64,000 bases of DNA from an uncultured Planctomycetia bacterium. GTDB taxonomy: Bacteria > Omnitrophota > Gorgyraeia > 2-02-FULL-51-18. Shown here in pieces: positions 1 to 10,330 of the stretch. Position 1 is the first letter of the stretch. Each line of letters starts with the position of its first letter. The notes under the pieces are model-generated. The model searched no databases. It was not told where the DNA came from and saw nothing but the letters and a program-made list of their open reading frames with translations. The position numbers were made by a program, and so were the translations under genes. The stretch spans positions 432,168 through 496,167 of the forward strand of contig CAZXLF010000001.1 of assembly GCA_964642015.1 (NCBI GenBank), read 5' to 3'.

Positions 1-848
1 CCTTAAAAAACGCTTTGGAAAAAGAGCGGCTTCCGCATGGGCTTTTGTTCCAAGGCCCGGTCAATTCCGGCCAGCATGAGATGGCCATGGAGCTTGCGAA
101 AGCGGTGTTTTGTGAAAATAAAAAAGGTTTTGAGTCTTGCGATAGCTGTTACCACTGCCGGCAAATCGACCAAAACACGCATCCTGATTTTTTCACATTT
201 GGACTAGAAGAAGACGCTCGCGATATTAAGGTTGAAGCCATACGCGATCTGATCGCGCGAGCCAATCTAAAACCTTTCAGCGCAAGCGCGAAAGTTTTTG
301 TTATCGATCCCGCTGAGCGCATGAATGACGTTGCGCAGAATGCTTTTTTGAAGATCCTTGAAGAACCGATGGGGCGGACCATATTCGTTCTGATCAGTTC
401 GAGTCCTCAGCAGCTTCTGCCGACGATCCGTTCGCGTGTGCAGACACTTCATTTTACTCCGGTCACGCAGATGGAGGAAAAGGATCCGGAAAAGGAAAAG
501 CTTCAAAAGGGAGTGGTTGAATATGTTTTCTACCATGCAGACCAACCCCTGAAGTCGCCGGATATTTCAAAACTTAAACGGGAGGATCTTTCAAAAATAT
601 TTGACCGCTTGGTGAATTTTCACAGAGACCTACTGCTTTTAAAGGTCGATGCTGAGGAGATCATTGGCAATGAAGAAGGTCTGTTAGAAAAAAAGAAGCT
701 CGCCAAAGATTTTAGCGAGGAAGAGATCATGCAAAGAATAGAGTTATTCGGAGACGCGAAAGAAAAAGTAAGCGAAAATCTGAATGTGAAACTCGTCTTA
801 TCTTCTCTCTGGGAATCTCTCGCATCCGGCGTTTCTGCCAGGAAATAG
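1..848 (+). CDS. holB: DNA polymerase III delta-prime subunit (clamp-loader HolB), 5'-truncated at the window edge
   Basis: The reading frame is open from base 1. It contains the AAA+ clamp-loader delta-prime zinc-module motif C-x2-C-x2-CYHC. It lies directly upstream of metG as in Firmicutes-type synteny. Confidence 0.75.
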   Translation, partial: LKNALEKERLPHGLLFQGPVNSGQHEMAMELAKAVFCENKKGFESCDSCYHCRQIDQNTHPDFFTFGLEEDARDIKVEAIRDLIARANLKPFSASAKVFVIDPAERMNDVAQNAFLKILEEPMGRTIFVLISSSPQQLLPTIRSRVQTLHFTPVTQMEEKDPEKEKLQKGVVEYVFYHADQPLKSPDISKLKREDLSKIFDRLVNFHRDLLLLKVDAEEIIGNEEGLLEKKKLAKDFSEEEIMQRIELFGDAKEKVSENLNVKLVLSSLWESLASGVSARK

Positions 849-851
849 ACC

Positions 852-2411
852 ATGGATCAAAAATATTATCTAACGACGCCACTTTACTATGTGAACTCTA
901 AGCCGCATATCGGGCATTCATACACGGAGATCGCTGCCGATACTTTGGCTCGATGGCACAGGCTCACGGGAAAAGAAGTGTTTTTTCTTACCGGTACGGA
1001 CGAACACGGCCAGAAAGTAGCCAAAGCTGCCGAGGTAGCAGGGATGACGCCCAAAGAATTCACGGATAAGATCTCTCTCACATTCCGCGAACTTTGGAAA
1101 ACGCTCAACATTTCCGAGCATGATTTTATCCGCACGACCGAAGAACGCCACAAAAAGTGCGTAGAATTCGTATGGAACAAGATCAAAGGCACAAAGATCA
1201 ACAGCGAAGACGTGCTTTATCGCCACACGTATGATGGTTTTTACTGTGTCTCTTGCGAAACTTTCATTACCGAGGGACTTTTGGATCCCAATAATCCTGC
1301 GATTTGCCCTGATTGCAAAAAACCGCTGGAACGCATGAAGGAAGACACTTACTTCTTCCGCATGTCCGCTTATCAGGGCCGCCTGATAAGGGAGATTAAG
1401 GAAGGTACGTTCAAGATCCTGCCTGAGTCGCGCCGTAATGAAGTTTTAGGGTTCCTTGAGCACAACAAGCTTTCGGATCTCAGCGTATCGCGTCCAAAAA
1501 GCCGTTTATCGTGGGGCATTCCGATCCCGTTCGATCCGGAGCATGTGACTTATGTCTGGTTTGACGCATTGATCAACTATGTCTCGGCAGTAGGTTATGG
1601 AAATAATGAAAATTTGTTTAAAAAATGGTGGCCCGCCGATGTCCATATCATCGGCAAGGACATTATCCGGCATCATGCGGTCATTTGGCCGACACTTCTT
1701 TATGCGCTTGAAGTGCCGTTGCCTAAGCTGATCTTTGCGCATGGCTGGTGGACTGTTGACGGCGAAAAGATGTCGAAATCACTCGGTAATGCCGTTGATC
1801 CGACGGATATTGTGAAACAATATGGTGTTGACTCTTACCGTTATTTTTTATTGAGAGAGACGCCTTTCGGCGAGGATGGCACTTTTAGTGAAGAGGCGCT
1901 GATCAAGCGATTTAACATGGATTTGGCGAATGATCTGGGAAATTTATTGAGTCGCTCTCTTACTATGTGCGAAAAATATTACGATGGAAACATTCCGGAA
2001 GGTGGCACTGATTCTTATGCCCCATTGAAGGTAGATATTAATGAGTTAGCTCCGAAACTTAAAATGCTTATGGACCATTTAGCATTTTCGGAGGCGTTGG
2101 GAGAAATTTGGAGTCTTGTTAATCAAGCTAACAAATACATTGAAGAATCTGCGCCATGGAAACTATCAAAAGAGGGCAAATTGGACGATCTTAGAATTGT
2201 TATGATAGTTCTTCATGAGACATTGAAAGCGGTGGCACAAGCTGTGTGGCCATTTATGCCTGTCACAGGCGAAGCAATTTGGACTCAGCTTGGTTTGCAA
2301 GGTAAACCTTGCGATCAACCGTTTAGAGAAAATATGTGGGGATTTTTTAAAAATGGCGGAAAGATCGCCAAAGGATCGCCGCTTTTTCCCAGGATTGAGG
2401 TAAAAAAATAA
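852..2411 (+). CDS. metG: methionyl-tRNA synthetase, short form without the C-terminal tRNA-binding domain
   Basis: Class I aaRS HIGH motif (PHIGHSYT), KMSKS motif and a Cys-rich connective-peptide knuckle. 519 aa. Confidence 0.95.
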   Translation: MDQKYYLTTPLYYVNSKPHIGHSYTEIAADTLARWHRLTGKEVFFLTGTDEHGQKVAKAAEVAGMTPKEFTDKISLTFRELWKTLNISEHDFIRTTEERHKKCVEFVWNKIKGTKINSEDVLYRHTYDGFYCVSCETFITEGLLDPNNPAICPDCKKPLERMKEDTYFFRMSAYQGRLIREIKEGTFKILPESRRNEVLGFLEHNKLSDLSVSRPKSRLSWGIPIPFDPEHVTYVWFDALINYVSAVGYGNNENLFKKWWPADVHIIGKDIIRHHAVIWPTLLYALEVPLPKLIFAHGWWTVDGEKMSKSLGNAVDPTDIVKQYGVDSYRYFLLRETPFGEDGTFSEEALIKRFNMDLANDLGNLLSRSLTMCEKYYDGNIPEGGTDSYAPLKVDINELAPKLKMLMDHLAFSEALGEIWSLVNQANKYIEESAPWKLSKEGKLDDLRIVMIVLHETLKAVAQAVWPFMPVTGEAIWTQLGLQGKPCDQPFRENMWGFFKNGGKIAKGSPLFPRIEVKK

Positions 2412-3559
2412 TGGAAGCCTATCTCGATTATAATGCGACAACACCGGTTGATCCGCGCGTGTTCGAAGAGATGAGGCCGTATTTATCGGTGGAATATGGA
2501 AATGCCTCTAGTTTTCATAAAAAAGGGCAGTCCGGCCGCAATGCTATCGAATTAGCCCGCGAAAGGATCGCCAATCATCTTGAAGTCGAGCCGGGAGATA
2601 TTATTTTCACTTCGGGCGGCACCGAAGCCGATAATCTGGCCGTCAAAGGTGTTATGGAATTATTCAGAGGAAAAAAAGATCATCTTGTCGTCTCAACGAT
2701 CGAACATCAAGCGGTTTTATATCCGGCGCAGTATTTGGAAAAGCAGGGCGTGAAAGTGACTTTTATTCCGGTCGATAAAAGCGGCATCGTGGATCTGGAT
2801 GCCTTGAAGAAAAGCGTGACCGAAAACACAGCACTTGTCAGCATCATGCATGTGAATAATGAAGTCGGCACGATACAACCAATTAAAGAGATCTCAGAAA
2901 TAGCGCACGCGAAAGGCGCTTTATTTCATACGGATGCGGTTCAGTCTTTCGGTAAGATTTCCATTGATATCGAAGATGTAAAGCCGGACATGGTTTCTAT
3001 ATCGAGCCATAAAATTTGCGGTCCAAAAGGTGCCGGCGCGCTTTATCTGAAAAAAGGTGTCAAGATTAAACCAATGCTTCACGGAGGCCATCAGGAAAAA
3101 AATATACGTCCCGGTACTGAAAATGTGGCGGCGATCGTCGGTTTTGGAAAGGCGACGGAGCTTTTGTCCGAAAGCAGGGAATCTGAACATGTGCTTAAAT
3201 TGAAAAACAAACTTGAGGCGGGTCTAAGGAAGAAAGTGCCGAACATTCATCTTAATGGCCATGAGATCCAGAGGATTTATAACACGCTGAACCTTTCATT
3301 TGAAGGTCTGGACGGGGAGACGCTTTTGATGAATCTGGACCTCAAAAATATTTATGCCTCAACCGGTTCTGCCTGCACCGCCGGGTCAGTGGAATCATCT
3401 CACGTCTTGCTTGCGATGGGCATTGGCGAAAAACTTGCACAGTCGGCGATCCGTTTTTCTTTGGGGCGGTTCACGACGGAGCAGGAAATCGATTACGCGC
3501 TCGTCGAAATCCCGCCTATTATTGAACGCTTAAGGAAGGGTTCAACCAGTGCTCGTTGA
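2411..3559 (+). CDS. cysteine desulfurase, class-V aminotransferase (NifS/IscS family)
   Basis: SSHKICGPKGAGAL PLP-lysine region and active-site Cys in 'STGSACT'. 382 aa, typical NifS length. Confidence 0.85.
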   Translation: MEAYLDYNATTPVDPRVFEEMRPYLSVEYGNASSFHKKGQSGRNAIELARERIANHLEVEPGDIIFTSGGTEADNLAVKGVMELFRGKKDHLVVSTIEHQAVLYPAQYLEKQGVKVTFIPVDKSGIVDLDALKKSVTENTALVSIMHVNNEVGTIQPIKEISEIAHAKGALFHTDAVQSFGKISIDIEDVKPDMVSISSHKICGPKGAGALYLKKGVKIKPMLHGGHQEKNIRPGTENVAAIVGFGKATELLSESRESEHVLKLKNKLEAGLRKKVPNIHLNGHEIQRIYNTLNLSFEGLDGETLLMNLDLKNIYASTGSACTAGSVESSHVLLAMGIGEKLAQSAIRFSLGRFTTEQEIDYALVEIPPIIERLRKGSTSAR

Positions 3560-4325
3560 TACACATTGCCATTTGCATTTTGATGCATTCGATGCCGATC
3601 GCGAGAAGGTGATCGAGCGTGCGCGTGAGTTTGGCTTAAAGTATTTGGTCAATGTTGGTACCGATCCCGAAACAAATCAGGCGGCATTCGAACTAGCCAG
3701 CAAACACGACGATATGTTTCATACGGCGGGCCTTCATCCGCATCATTCACATCAGATCACTGAAGAAGGGATAAAAGAGTTGAAGGAATTTGTCTTGAAG
3801 AATAAACCTTATGCGATCGGTGAAATCGGGCTTGATTATTTCAAGAGCGAAGCGGATCCCGAAACTCAGAAAACAGTTTTTGCCAAAATGTTACGTTTAG
3901 CTATGGAAGTAAATTTGCCGGTGATCGTGCACTCGCGCAACGCTTTTGAAGACACGATGAAAATTATCAAAGAAGAGACGGGTGGGAAGATCAAAGGCGT
4001 CATGCATTGTTTTTCTTATGATGAGGCGGCTTTGGAGGAATTGTTGAAAATAGGATTTCTTGCTTCGTTTACGTGCAATCTTACTTTTAAAAACACTGGT
4101 CCGCTCTTGGAAGTCGCTAAGAAAGCACCGCTTGACCGAATAATGCTCGAGACAGATTCTCCGTATCTTGCGCCTCAAATATATCGCGGAAAACGCAATG
4201 AGCCGTCCTGTTTGGTTAATTTGTCGCAATTTTTGTCCGAACAGAGAGGGATCGATCAGGAGAAGCTTGAATCAGTTACCACGGAAACCGCCATCCGTTT
4301 CTTCGATCTGAAAAATAAAAAATGA
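3549..4325 (+). CDS. tatD: TatD-family metal-dependent hydrolase/DNase
   Basis: N-terminal 'VDTHCHLHF' motif. 258 aa. GTG start overlapping the upstream gene. Confidence 0.9.
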   Translation: MLVDTHCHLHFDAFDADREKVIERAREFGLKYLVNVGTDPETNQAAFELASKHDDMFHTAGLHPHHSHQITEEGIKELKEFVLKNKPYAIGEIGLDYFKSEADPETQKTVFAKMLRLAMEVNLPVIVHSRNAFEDTMKIIKEETGGKIKGVMHCFSYDEAALEELLKIGFLASFTCNLTFKNTGPLLEVAKKAPLDRIMLETDSPYLAPQIYRGKRNEPSCLVNLSQFLSEQRGIDQEKLESVTTETAIRFFDLKNKK

Positions 4326-5371
4326 ACCGAATTGTGAGCGTTATCAAGGAGAACCGTCCGGCGTTTTTGATGGTTCTTTTTGTCGCGGTGTTCTATTTAT
4401 TTGTTTTTTACGCGGATCGCGCCGAAAAAAAAGATCTTAAAAACAGTCATGCTGAGAATTCCTATTCGATCGTTAGCGATAAAGAGATCAAAGCTAAAGA
4501 GGATCTTTTTGAAAAGAATATCCGCACTCACCATGTGTTCATCGCATTAGCTGCATTAATATTTCTTTTGGTGGTCATAAGCGGTTTTGCGCTTGATGGA
4601 TATTTGATTGGAAAGAAAATCAAAGGCCAGCCCCTGATCCAACCAACTTTATCTCACGACACTGTTTTATGGGGACTGAAGGATGTTGCTGAAGTGTTCG
4701 CTTTTTTATTTTTTATCGAATCGGTCATTTTGATCGTTGAACTTTTGGTGTCATATTTTTTAGATTTCAAAGGCCTGGAAAAACATTCGATCCTGATGCT
4801 GAATAGTTTGATCCGTGACGTTTCTGCAGCTACGTTTGTGATCTATCTTGTGGCCAAGCGTTTTAAGCACGAACTTTGGACGGTAGGGTTGACGACAAAA
4901 AATTTCTTTAAAAACGTAAAAATAGGCGTTATCGGGTATTTATCAATAATTCCGGCGATCCTGGCGGTGCTTTTTATTTTATCGGTGATAGCCAAAAAAT
5001 TTTCCTACGAACCTCCGGTACAACCGGTGGTACAGATCTATCTTAAGGAATCGGAGAAGAACTATCTTTTATTTTTTACCTTATTTGTGGCGATTGTCGG
5101 CCCGATCATAGAAGAGGTATTCTTCAGAGGTTTTACCTATAAGGCGTTTCGCCAGAAATGGGGTGTCTGGCGGGCGCTTACACTCTCCTCCGGCATTTTT
5201 GCGGCGCTGCATATGAGTCTGATCGGTTTTTTGCCTATTTTTATGCTCGGGTTTTTTCTGGCTTATCTATACGAAGCCACCGGGTCGCTTGTACCGTCGA
5301 TGATGGTGCATATGATCCATAATTTGATCATGGTATCGATGACCTTGATCTTTAAGAATTATTCGGGTTAG
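4322..5371 (+). CDS. CPBP-family intramembrane glutamic endopeptidase (CAAX protease-like) membrane protein
   Basis: Multiple hydrophobic helices. 'EEVFFRG' motif 1 and 'FxxxH' / 'HxxxN' motifs (FAALH, HMIHNL) of the Abi/CPBP family. Confidence 0.7.
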   Translation: MNRIVSVIKENRPAFLMVLFVAVFYLFVFYADRAEKKDLKNSHAENSYSIVSDKEIKAKEDLFEKNIRTHHVFIALAALIFLLVVISGFALDGYLIGKKIKGQPLIQPTLSHDTVLWGLKDVAEVFAFLFFIESVILIVELLVSYFLDFKGLEKHSILMLNSLIRDVSAATFVIYLVAKRFKHELWTVGLTTKNFFKNVKIGVIGYLSIIPAILAVLFILSVIAKKFSYEPPVQPVVQIYLKESEKNYLLFFTLFVAIVGPIIEEVFFRGFTYKAFRQKWGVWRALTLSSGIFAALHMSLIGFLPIFMLGFFLAYLYEATGSLVPSMMVHMIHNLIMVSMTLIFKNYSG

Positions 5372-5378
5372 GAATTGT

Positions 5379-6311
5379 ATGGTATCTAAAAATTTGAGAT
5401 CCTTCGGTGAATTCGGCTTGATCGATAAGATCGCCAAGATGACGCGCACGGATCGCTCGGTTCTTCTAGGAATAGGCGATGATACGGCTGTTCTTAAGAT
5501 AGGCGGCGCAAATATTCTTTTTACAACGGACATGCTGATCGAAGACAAGCATTTCAGATTGTCGGAGGCGACCGGCTTTGAGATCGGATGGAAAGCGCTG
5601 GCTGTAAATATAAGCGATATTGCGGCGATGGGCGGGTTACCGCTTCATGCGGTGGTGGCGGTAGGCCTGCCTCAGAGTTTGAATGTTCAATTTGTGATGA
5701 AAATATATGAAGGATTGCGCGCGGCGGCTAGACAATTTCACGTGAATATCGTCGGCGGCGATACGAACGCCTCAGAAAAATTAGTGATCTCTGTTGCGCT
5801 GATTGGAAGCTGCGGCAAGCGCCGACCGGTCATGCGGTCCGGCGCCAGGTCAGGGGACGTCGTCTTTGTGAGCGGTGCTCTGGGCGGTTCGTATGGATCA
5901 GGAAAACATTTGAATTTTATGCCGAGGATCGCTGAATCCCAGTATTTGATCAAAAATTTCAAGATTAATTCCATGATAGATATTTCTGATGGTTTGTCGT
6001 CGGACATCCATCGGTTGGCCAATGCAAGCCGTGTCGGTGCAGCGCTCACGCAGAGAGTGATCCCGGTTGCGCGGTCAACGGGAAAGATCGAAGAGGCTTT
6101 TACGGATGGCGAAGATTTTGAGCTTCTTTTCACCATGTCTTCAAAAGAAGCGGCGCGTTTGATGCTTGCCAAAAAACCGAAAACGCTGGCCGATTTCCAC
6201 GCGATAGGAAAAATAGTGCCCAGAAAATTTGGCATCAAACTTTTAAAAAATAACGGCAAGGAAGAGCCGCTTTTGGAAAAAGGATTTGATCATTTTCGTG
6301 ATAAAAGTTGA
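5379..6311 (+). CDS. thiL: thiamine-monophosphate kinase
   Basis: PurM-like fold with a 'GEFGLIDKI...LGIGDDTAVL' N-terminus typical of ThiL. 310 aa. Confidence 0.85.
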   Translation: MVSKNLRSFGEFGLIDKIAKMTRTDRSVLLGIGDDTAVLKIGGANILFTTDMLIEDKHFRLSEATGFEIGWKALAVNISDIAAMGGLPLHAVVAVGLPQSLNVQFVMKIYEGLRAAARQFHVNIVGGDTNASEKLVISVALIGSCGKRRPVMRSGARSGDVVFVSGALGGSYGSGKHLNFMPRIAESQYLIKNFKINSMIDISDGLSSDIHRLANASRVGAALTQRVIPVARSTGKIEEAFTDGEDFELLFTMSSKEAARLMLAKKPKTLADFHAIGKIVPRKFGIKLLKNNGKEEPLLEKGFDHFRDKS

Positions 6312-6741
6312 GACCAATTCCGCGAAAGAAACCCAAAAGATCGGTAAAAAGATCGGTGCTTCGCTAAAGGCGGGCGATGTGGTAGCGCTCGAAGGGCCGC
6401 TCGGCGCTGGTAAGACGACTTTGGTCAAAGGGATCGCCGAAGGTCTTGGCGTGAAGGACAAAAAAGAGGTTGTGAGCCCTACATTTGTTCTCGTCCACGA
6501 ATATGAGGCTCGCGAGAAGATCTATCATATCGACTGGTATCGCCTGAAGAACGTTGAAGGGCAGGACAGAATGTTGGCGGAAGAATGTTTTGACTCGAAA
6601 GCCGTCACGCTGGTCGAATGGGCGGAGCGCGGCAAAGAGATTTTTCCTAAAAAACATATCAGGATATCATTGAAATATAAAGGACCCGAGAAGCGCTTGA
6701 TCCAAGTGAGCGGATTGAAGAATGAAAATATTGGCGTATGA
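6286..6741 (+). CDS. tsaE: tRNA t6A biosynthesis ATPase TsaE (YjeE)
   Basis: Walker A 'GPLGAGKTT' and small size (about 150 aa). Paired with tsaB downstream. The true start is probably a few codons inside the 26-bp overlap with thiL. Confidence 0.85.
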   Translation: MIIFVIKVETNSAKETQKIGKKIGASLKAGDVVALEGPLGAGKTTLVKGIAEGLGVKDKKEVVSPTFVLVHEYEAREKIYHIDWYRLKNVEGQDRMLAEECFDSKAVTLVEWAERGKEIFPKKHIRISLKYKGPEKRLIQVSGLKNENIGV

Positions 6742-7399
6742 TACTTCCAGCGAGGTTTTGACCGCCGCCATTTTTGACGGTCAAAAAAAAGTAGCGGAGC
6801 TTGAATCCGGTTCATTTGCAAGGCACTCCAGTGTTTTGGTGCCGGTGCTGGACAAATTATTGAGATCAAGCCGGATCGATCTGTCTCAGATAGAGGTTAT
6901 TGCGGTGGGTTTGGGTCCGGGTTCTTTCACCGGACTGCGAGTGGGCGTCACGACTGCAAAGATACTTGCATATACCCGGCAGATAAAGCTTATTGGCGTT
7001 TCAAGTCTTGAATCGATCGCGCTTCAAGGTAAAGGCTTTGAGGGAGATATTGCGGTGATCCTGGACGCGAAAAAGGAAATGCTTTATGCGGGTTTATATG
7101 AAATCAGTGAAGGCCGATTTAAGATCATTCAAGATCCCAAGCTTGTCACAATAAATTCTTTGGTAAAAAATCTTAAAAAACCTCGGCTTTTTCTGGGGGA
7201 CGGCGTCAAGATCCATCATGATAAAATATCGGCCTCAGACCGATGCCGGATCATCGAGAAGGCTGATTCGGTTTATCCACGCGCGTCTTGCATTGTTCAG
7301 CGCGCAACGGATCTGGTCCAAAAAAAGCGCTGGGCAGATCCTTTTAAATTGGAACCTCTGTACCTTCATCCGCGTGATTGCAATGTAAATAAAAAATGA
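6722..7399 (+). CDS. tsaB: tRNA t6A biosynthesis protein TsaB (YeaZ), inactive Kae1/TsaD paralogue
   Basis: N-terminal 'MKILAYDTSSEVLTAAI' ASKHA-fold signature. 225 aa. Confidence 0.85.
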   Translation: MKILAYDTSSEVLTAAIFDGQKKVAELESGSFARHSSVLVPVLDKLLRSSRIDLSQIEVIAVGLGPGSFTGLRVGVTTAKILAYTRQIKLIGVSSLESIALQGKGFEGDIAVILDAKKEMLYAGLYEISEGRFKIIQDPKLVTINSLVKNLKKPRLFLGDGVKIHHDKISASDRCRIIEKADSVYPRASCIVQRATDLVQKKRWADPFKLEPLYLHPRDCNVNKK

Positions 7400-8544
7400 A
7401 CAATGGCTCATTAAAATTCAGATCTGTTTCTTTTCCGCTTGTTTGGGCTGAAGTGGATCTCTCGGCGCTGAAGAATAATCTAAAGGTTATACGTGCCCGG
7501 CTTTCGGGCAGGAATACGAAAATTCTTTGCATCGTAAAGGCGGACGCTTATGGGCATGGCATGAAGGAAGTGGCCAAAGCACTAAGCAAGGAAGGAGTCG
7601 ATTTTTTTGGTGTGGCCACGATCGATGAAGCAGTTGATCTGAGGAGCGTGTGCCCAAAAGAAAAGATCTTGGTCTTAGGAAGTTTTCATCCAAGTCAGGT
7701 TCCGATTTATCAGCGGTACCGCATCATTCCGACTGTATCTTCTATAGAAGATCTTGATATGATCGAAAAAAGGCTGTTGGGCAGTAAAAAGATCAGCGTG
7801 CATGTAAAGATCGATACCGGAATGGGGCGTCTAGGAGTCTGGCATAAAGATGTGGAAAAATTTTTTACTGAATTAAAAAAAAGAAAGAGGATCGATCTGG
7901 ACGGAGTGTACACTCATTTTGCGAACGCCGATCAAAAAAACAAGGCTTTAACGCATCAGCAGATGGCGTTTTTTGAAGAAGCGCTGAAGAAGATCGCGAA
8001 GATCGGGTTTTATCCCCGATTTATTCACGCCGCGAACAGCATGGGACTCATGCGGTTCAGGCGTGCTCATTTGAATTTGGTGCGGCCGGGAATCGTTCTA
8101 TACGGCATGAATCCGCTGAAGGACAAAAAGTTTCCAAAACTAAAAGCGGTGTTGTCGCTTAAAACGCGGATCTCATTCTTAAAAGAGGTTGAGCGCGGGA
8201 GGGCGATCAGTTATGGTTCTACTCACAAAACATCGAAGAGCACTTTGATCGCGACATTACCGATCGGATACAGTCACGGCTACAGGGTCGGTTTTTCAAA
8301 TAAAGCTCACGTTCTCATCAGAGGCCACAAATGTCCCGTGGTAGGCCGGGTCACAATGGACCAGACACTTGTTGATGTGGGGCATGTTCCCGGTGTTAAG
8401 CGATGGGATGAAGTTACCTTAATAGGCAAAGACAAAGGCACAGAAGTGCAGGCCAGCGATTTAGCGGAATTGATAGAAAGCATCCCTTATGAAATTTCAT
8501 GCGCGATTCAGCGCTCTATCCCAAGGATTTACAAGGGCTTCTAG
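7396..8544 (+). CDS. alr: alanine racemase
   Basis: PLP-lysine motif 'VKADAYGHG'. 382 aa. Confidence 0.9.
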   Translation: MNNGSLKFRSVSFPLVWAEVDLSALKNNLKVIRARLSGRNTKILCIVKADAYGHGMKEVAKALSKEGVDFFGVATIDEAVDLRSVCPKEKILVLGSFHPSQVPIYQRYRIIPTVSSIEDLDMIEKRLLGSKKISVHVKIDTGMGRLGVWHKDVEKFFTELKKRKRIDLDGVYTHFANADQKNKALTHQQMAFFEEALKKIAKIGFYPRFIHAANSMGLMRFRRAHLNLVRPGIVLYGMNPLKDKKFPKLKAVLSLKTRISFLKEVERGRAISYGSTHKTSKSTLIATLPIGYSHGYRVGFSNKAHVLIRGHKCPVVGRVTMDQTLVDVGHVPGVKRWDEVTLIGKDKGTEVQASDLAELIESIPYEISCAIQRSIPRIYKGF

Positions 8545-8562
8545 CTTACACGCCAGTTTTCT

Positions 8563-8591
8563 TTGGACACTCTTTTAATTCGTGCTATAAT
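8563..8591 (+). promoter_or_regulatory. sigma-70-type promoter (TTGGAC, 17 bp spacer, TATAAT) driving the ilvBNC-leuA operon
   Basis: Read directly: -35 element at 8563-8568 and consensus -10 TATAAT at 8586-8591 with a 17-bp spacer. RBS GAGAGGA lies 8 nt before the ATG at 8651. Confidence 0.5.
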
Positions 8592-8650
8592 ACAAAATTT
8601 ACTAAAATGGCTTAATATTGACTCCAAGAAAGGTTTGAGAGGATATTTTA

Positions 8651-10327
8651 ATGTCTAAGATGACAGGCGCGCAAGCGGTTGTTGAAGCGTTCATGAAAGA
8701 GAATGTCGAATATGTGTTCGGTTTACCGGGCGGAGCCTGTTTACCGCTTTATGACGCTTTGTATGACGCCAAATTTAAAGTGATTTTAGTCCGCCACGAA
8801 CAGGGTGCGGTCCACATGGCCGAAGGTTATGCGCGTTCCACCGGCCGGCCGGGCGTTGTTGTAGTCACTTCAGGTCCAGGCGCTACCAATACAGTGACAG
8901 GCATTGCGGACGCTTATATGGATTCTATTCCGCTGGTGGTCATTACAGGCCAAGTGAAATCTTTTTTGATCGGTAACGATGCATTCCAAGAAGCTGATGT
9001 TACCGGCATCACGCGTCCGATCACTAAACACAATTATCTCGTTAAAAAAGTGGAAGATCTGCCGCGCGTTTTGAAAGAAGCTTTTTATATCGCCACTCAC
9101 GGACGTCCGGGACCGGTGCTTGTTGATTTTCCATCTGATGTGAGCTTGATGAGCTTTGATTTTGATTACCCTGAATCTGTTAACATTCGTGGCTTTAAAC
9201 CGACCGTGCAAGGGCATGTGGGCCAGATTAAGAAAGCCGCCAAAATGATCGAGGAATCCAAGCGTCCAGTGGTTTATACCGGAGGCGGCGTGATTATTTC
9301 TGGTGCTTCAAAAGAATTGATCGAATTTGTCGAAAAAACGAAAACGCCGTGCACCAATACGCTGATGGGTTTGGGTGGCGTGCCCGGAACGCATCCTCAG
9401 TTCATGGGAATGCTCGGTATGCACGGGACTGTATACGCCAATCATGCGGTGAATGAGTGTGATCTTTTGATCGCGATCGGTGCGCGTTTTGATGACCGTG
9501 TGACGGGAGATCTTAAAAAATTCGCTCCGCATGCGAAGATCATCCACATCGACGTGGATCCCTCAGCGATCTCGAAGAACGTGAAAGTGGATATCCCGAT
9601 CGTCGGGGATGTCAGGCATGTGCTTCAGGAACTGAATAAGATCGTTGAGCCTGCCGACACAAAAGAGTGGCTTCAGTTGATCGAGCAGTGGAAAAAGGAA
9701 AGCCCTTTGCGTTACCGCGATGAAGGAGATGAGCTTCGTCCTCAATATGCGATTCAGAAGCTTTGCGATATTTTGGGAAGTGACGCGATCGTGACAACAG
9801 ATGTCGGACAGCATCAAATGTGGGCGGCGCAGTATTACAAGGTGAACGGTCCCAATCAATTTTTGACAAGCGGCGGCCTGGGCACGATGGGCTATGGTTT
9901 TCCGGCGGCGATCGGCGCGCAGTTTGCGTTTCCCAAGAAGACGGTTGTTTGCATATCGGGCGACGGATCGATCCAGATGAATATTCAGGAGATGGCCACG
10001 GCTGTCGTGAATAAATTGCCGGTAAAGATCGCGATCATCAACAATAACTATTTGGGCATGGTGCGCCAATGGCAGGAAGCGTTTTACAATCATCGCTATT
10101 CCAGCTCGACAATGAGCGGGAATCCGGATTTTGTCAAACTTTCCGAGGCTTATGGCGGGGCGGGGATTCGAGTGGATAAAAAACAAGACGTGGAAAAAGC
10201 GATCCGCTGGTCTCAATCGATCACGGACAGGCCTTGTATTCTCGACTTTGTCGTGAAAGAAGAGGAAAATGTTTATCCGATGATTCCCGCGGGTAGATCT
10301 TTCGAAGAAATCATGGATATGGCGTAA
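8651..10327 (+). CDS. ilvB: acetolactate synthase (acetohydroxyacid synthase) large catalytic subunit
   Basis: ThDP-enzyme N-terminus 'AQAVVEAFMKENVEYVFGLPGG' and ThDP-binding 'GDGSIQMNIQE...NNNYLGMV' motif. 558 aa. Confidence 0.95.
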   Translation: MSKMTGAQAVVEAFMKENVEYVFGLPGGACLPLYDALYDAKFKVILVRHEQGAVHMAEGYARSTGRPGVVVVTSGPGATNTVTGIADAYMDSIPLVVITGQVKSFLIGNDAFQEADVTGITRPITKHNYLVKKVEDLPRVLKEAFYIATHGRPGPVLVDFPSDVSLMSFDFDYPESVNIRGFKPTVQGHVGQIKKAAKMIEESKRPVVYTGGGVIISGASKELIEFVEKTKTPCTNTLMGLGGVPGTHPQFMGMLGMHGTVYANHAVNECDLLIAIGARFDDRVTGDLKKFAPHAKIIHIDVDPSAISKNVKVDIPIVGDVRHVLQELNKIVEPADTKEWLQLIEQWKKESPLRYRDEGDELRPQYAIQKLCDILGSDAIVTTDVGQHQMWAAQYYKVNGPNQFLTSGGLGTMGYGFPAAIGAQFAFPKKTVVCISGDGSIQMNIQEMATAVVNKLPVKIAIINNNYLGMVRQWQEAFYNHRYSSSTMSGNPDFVKLSEAYGGAGIRVDKKQDVEKAIRWSQSITDRPCILDFVVKEEENVYPMIPAGRSFEEIMDMA

Positions 10328-10330
10328 AAA

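Noticed and set aside
2411-3559. A functional link between the NifS-type cysteine desulfurase (2.4 kb) and the ThiS domain on TopA (17.9 kb)
   Set aside because: They are separated by 14 kb and more than 15 unrelated genes. NifS/IscS paralogues are ubiquitous. No ThiI/ThiF/MoeB is present to connect them. Noted in the finding but not claimed as a system.
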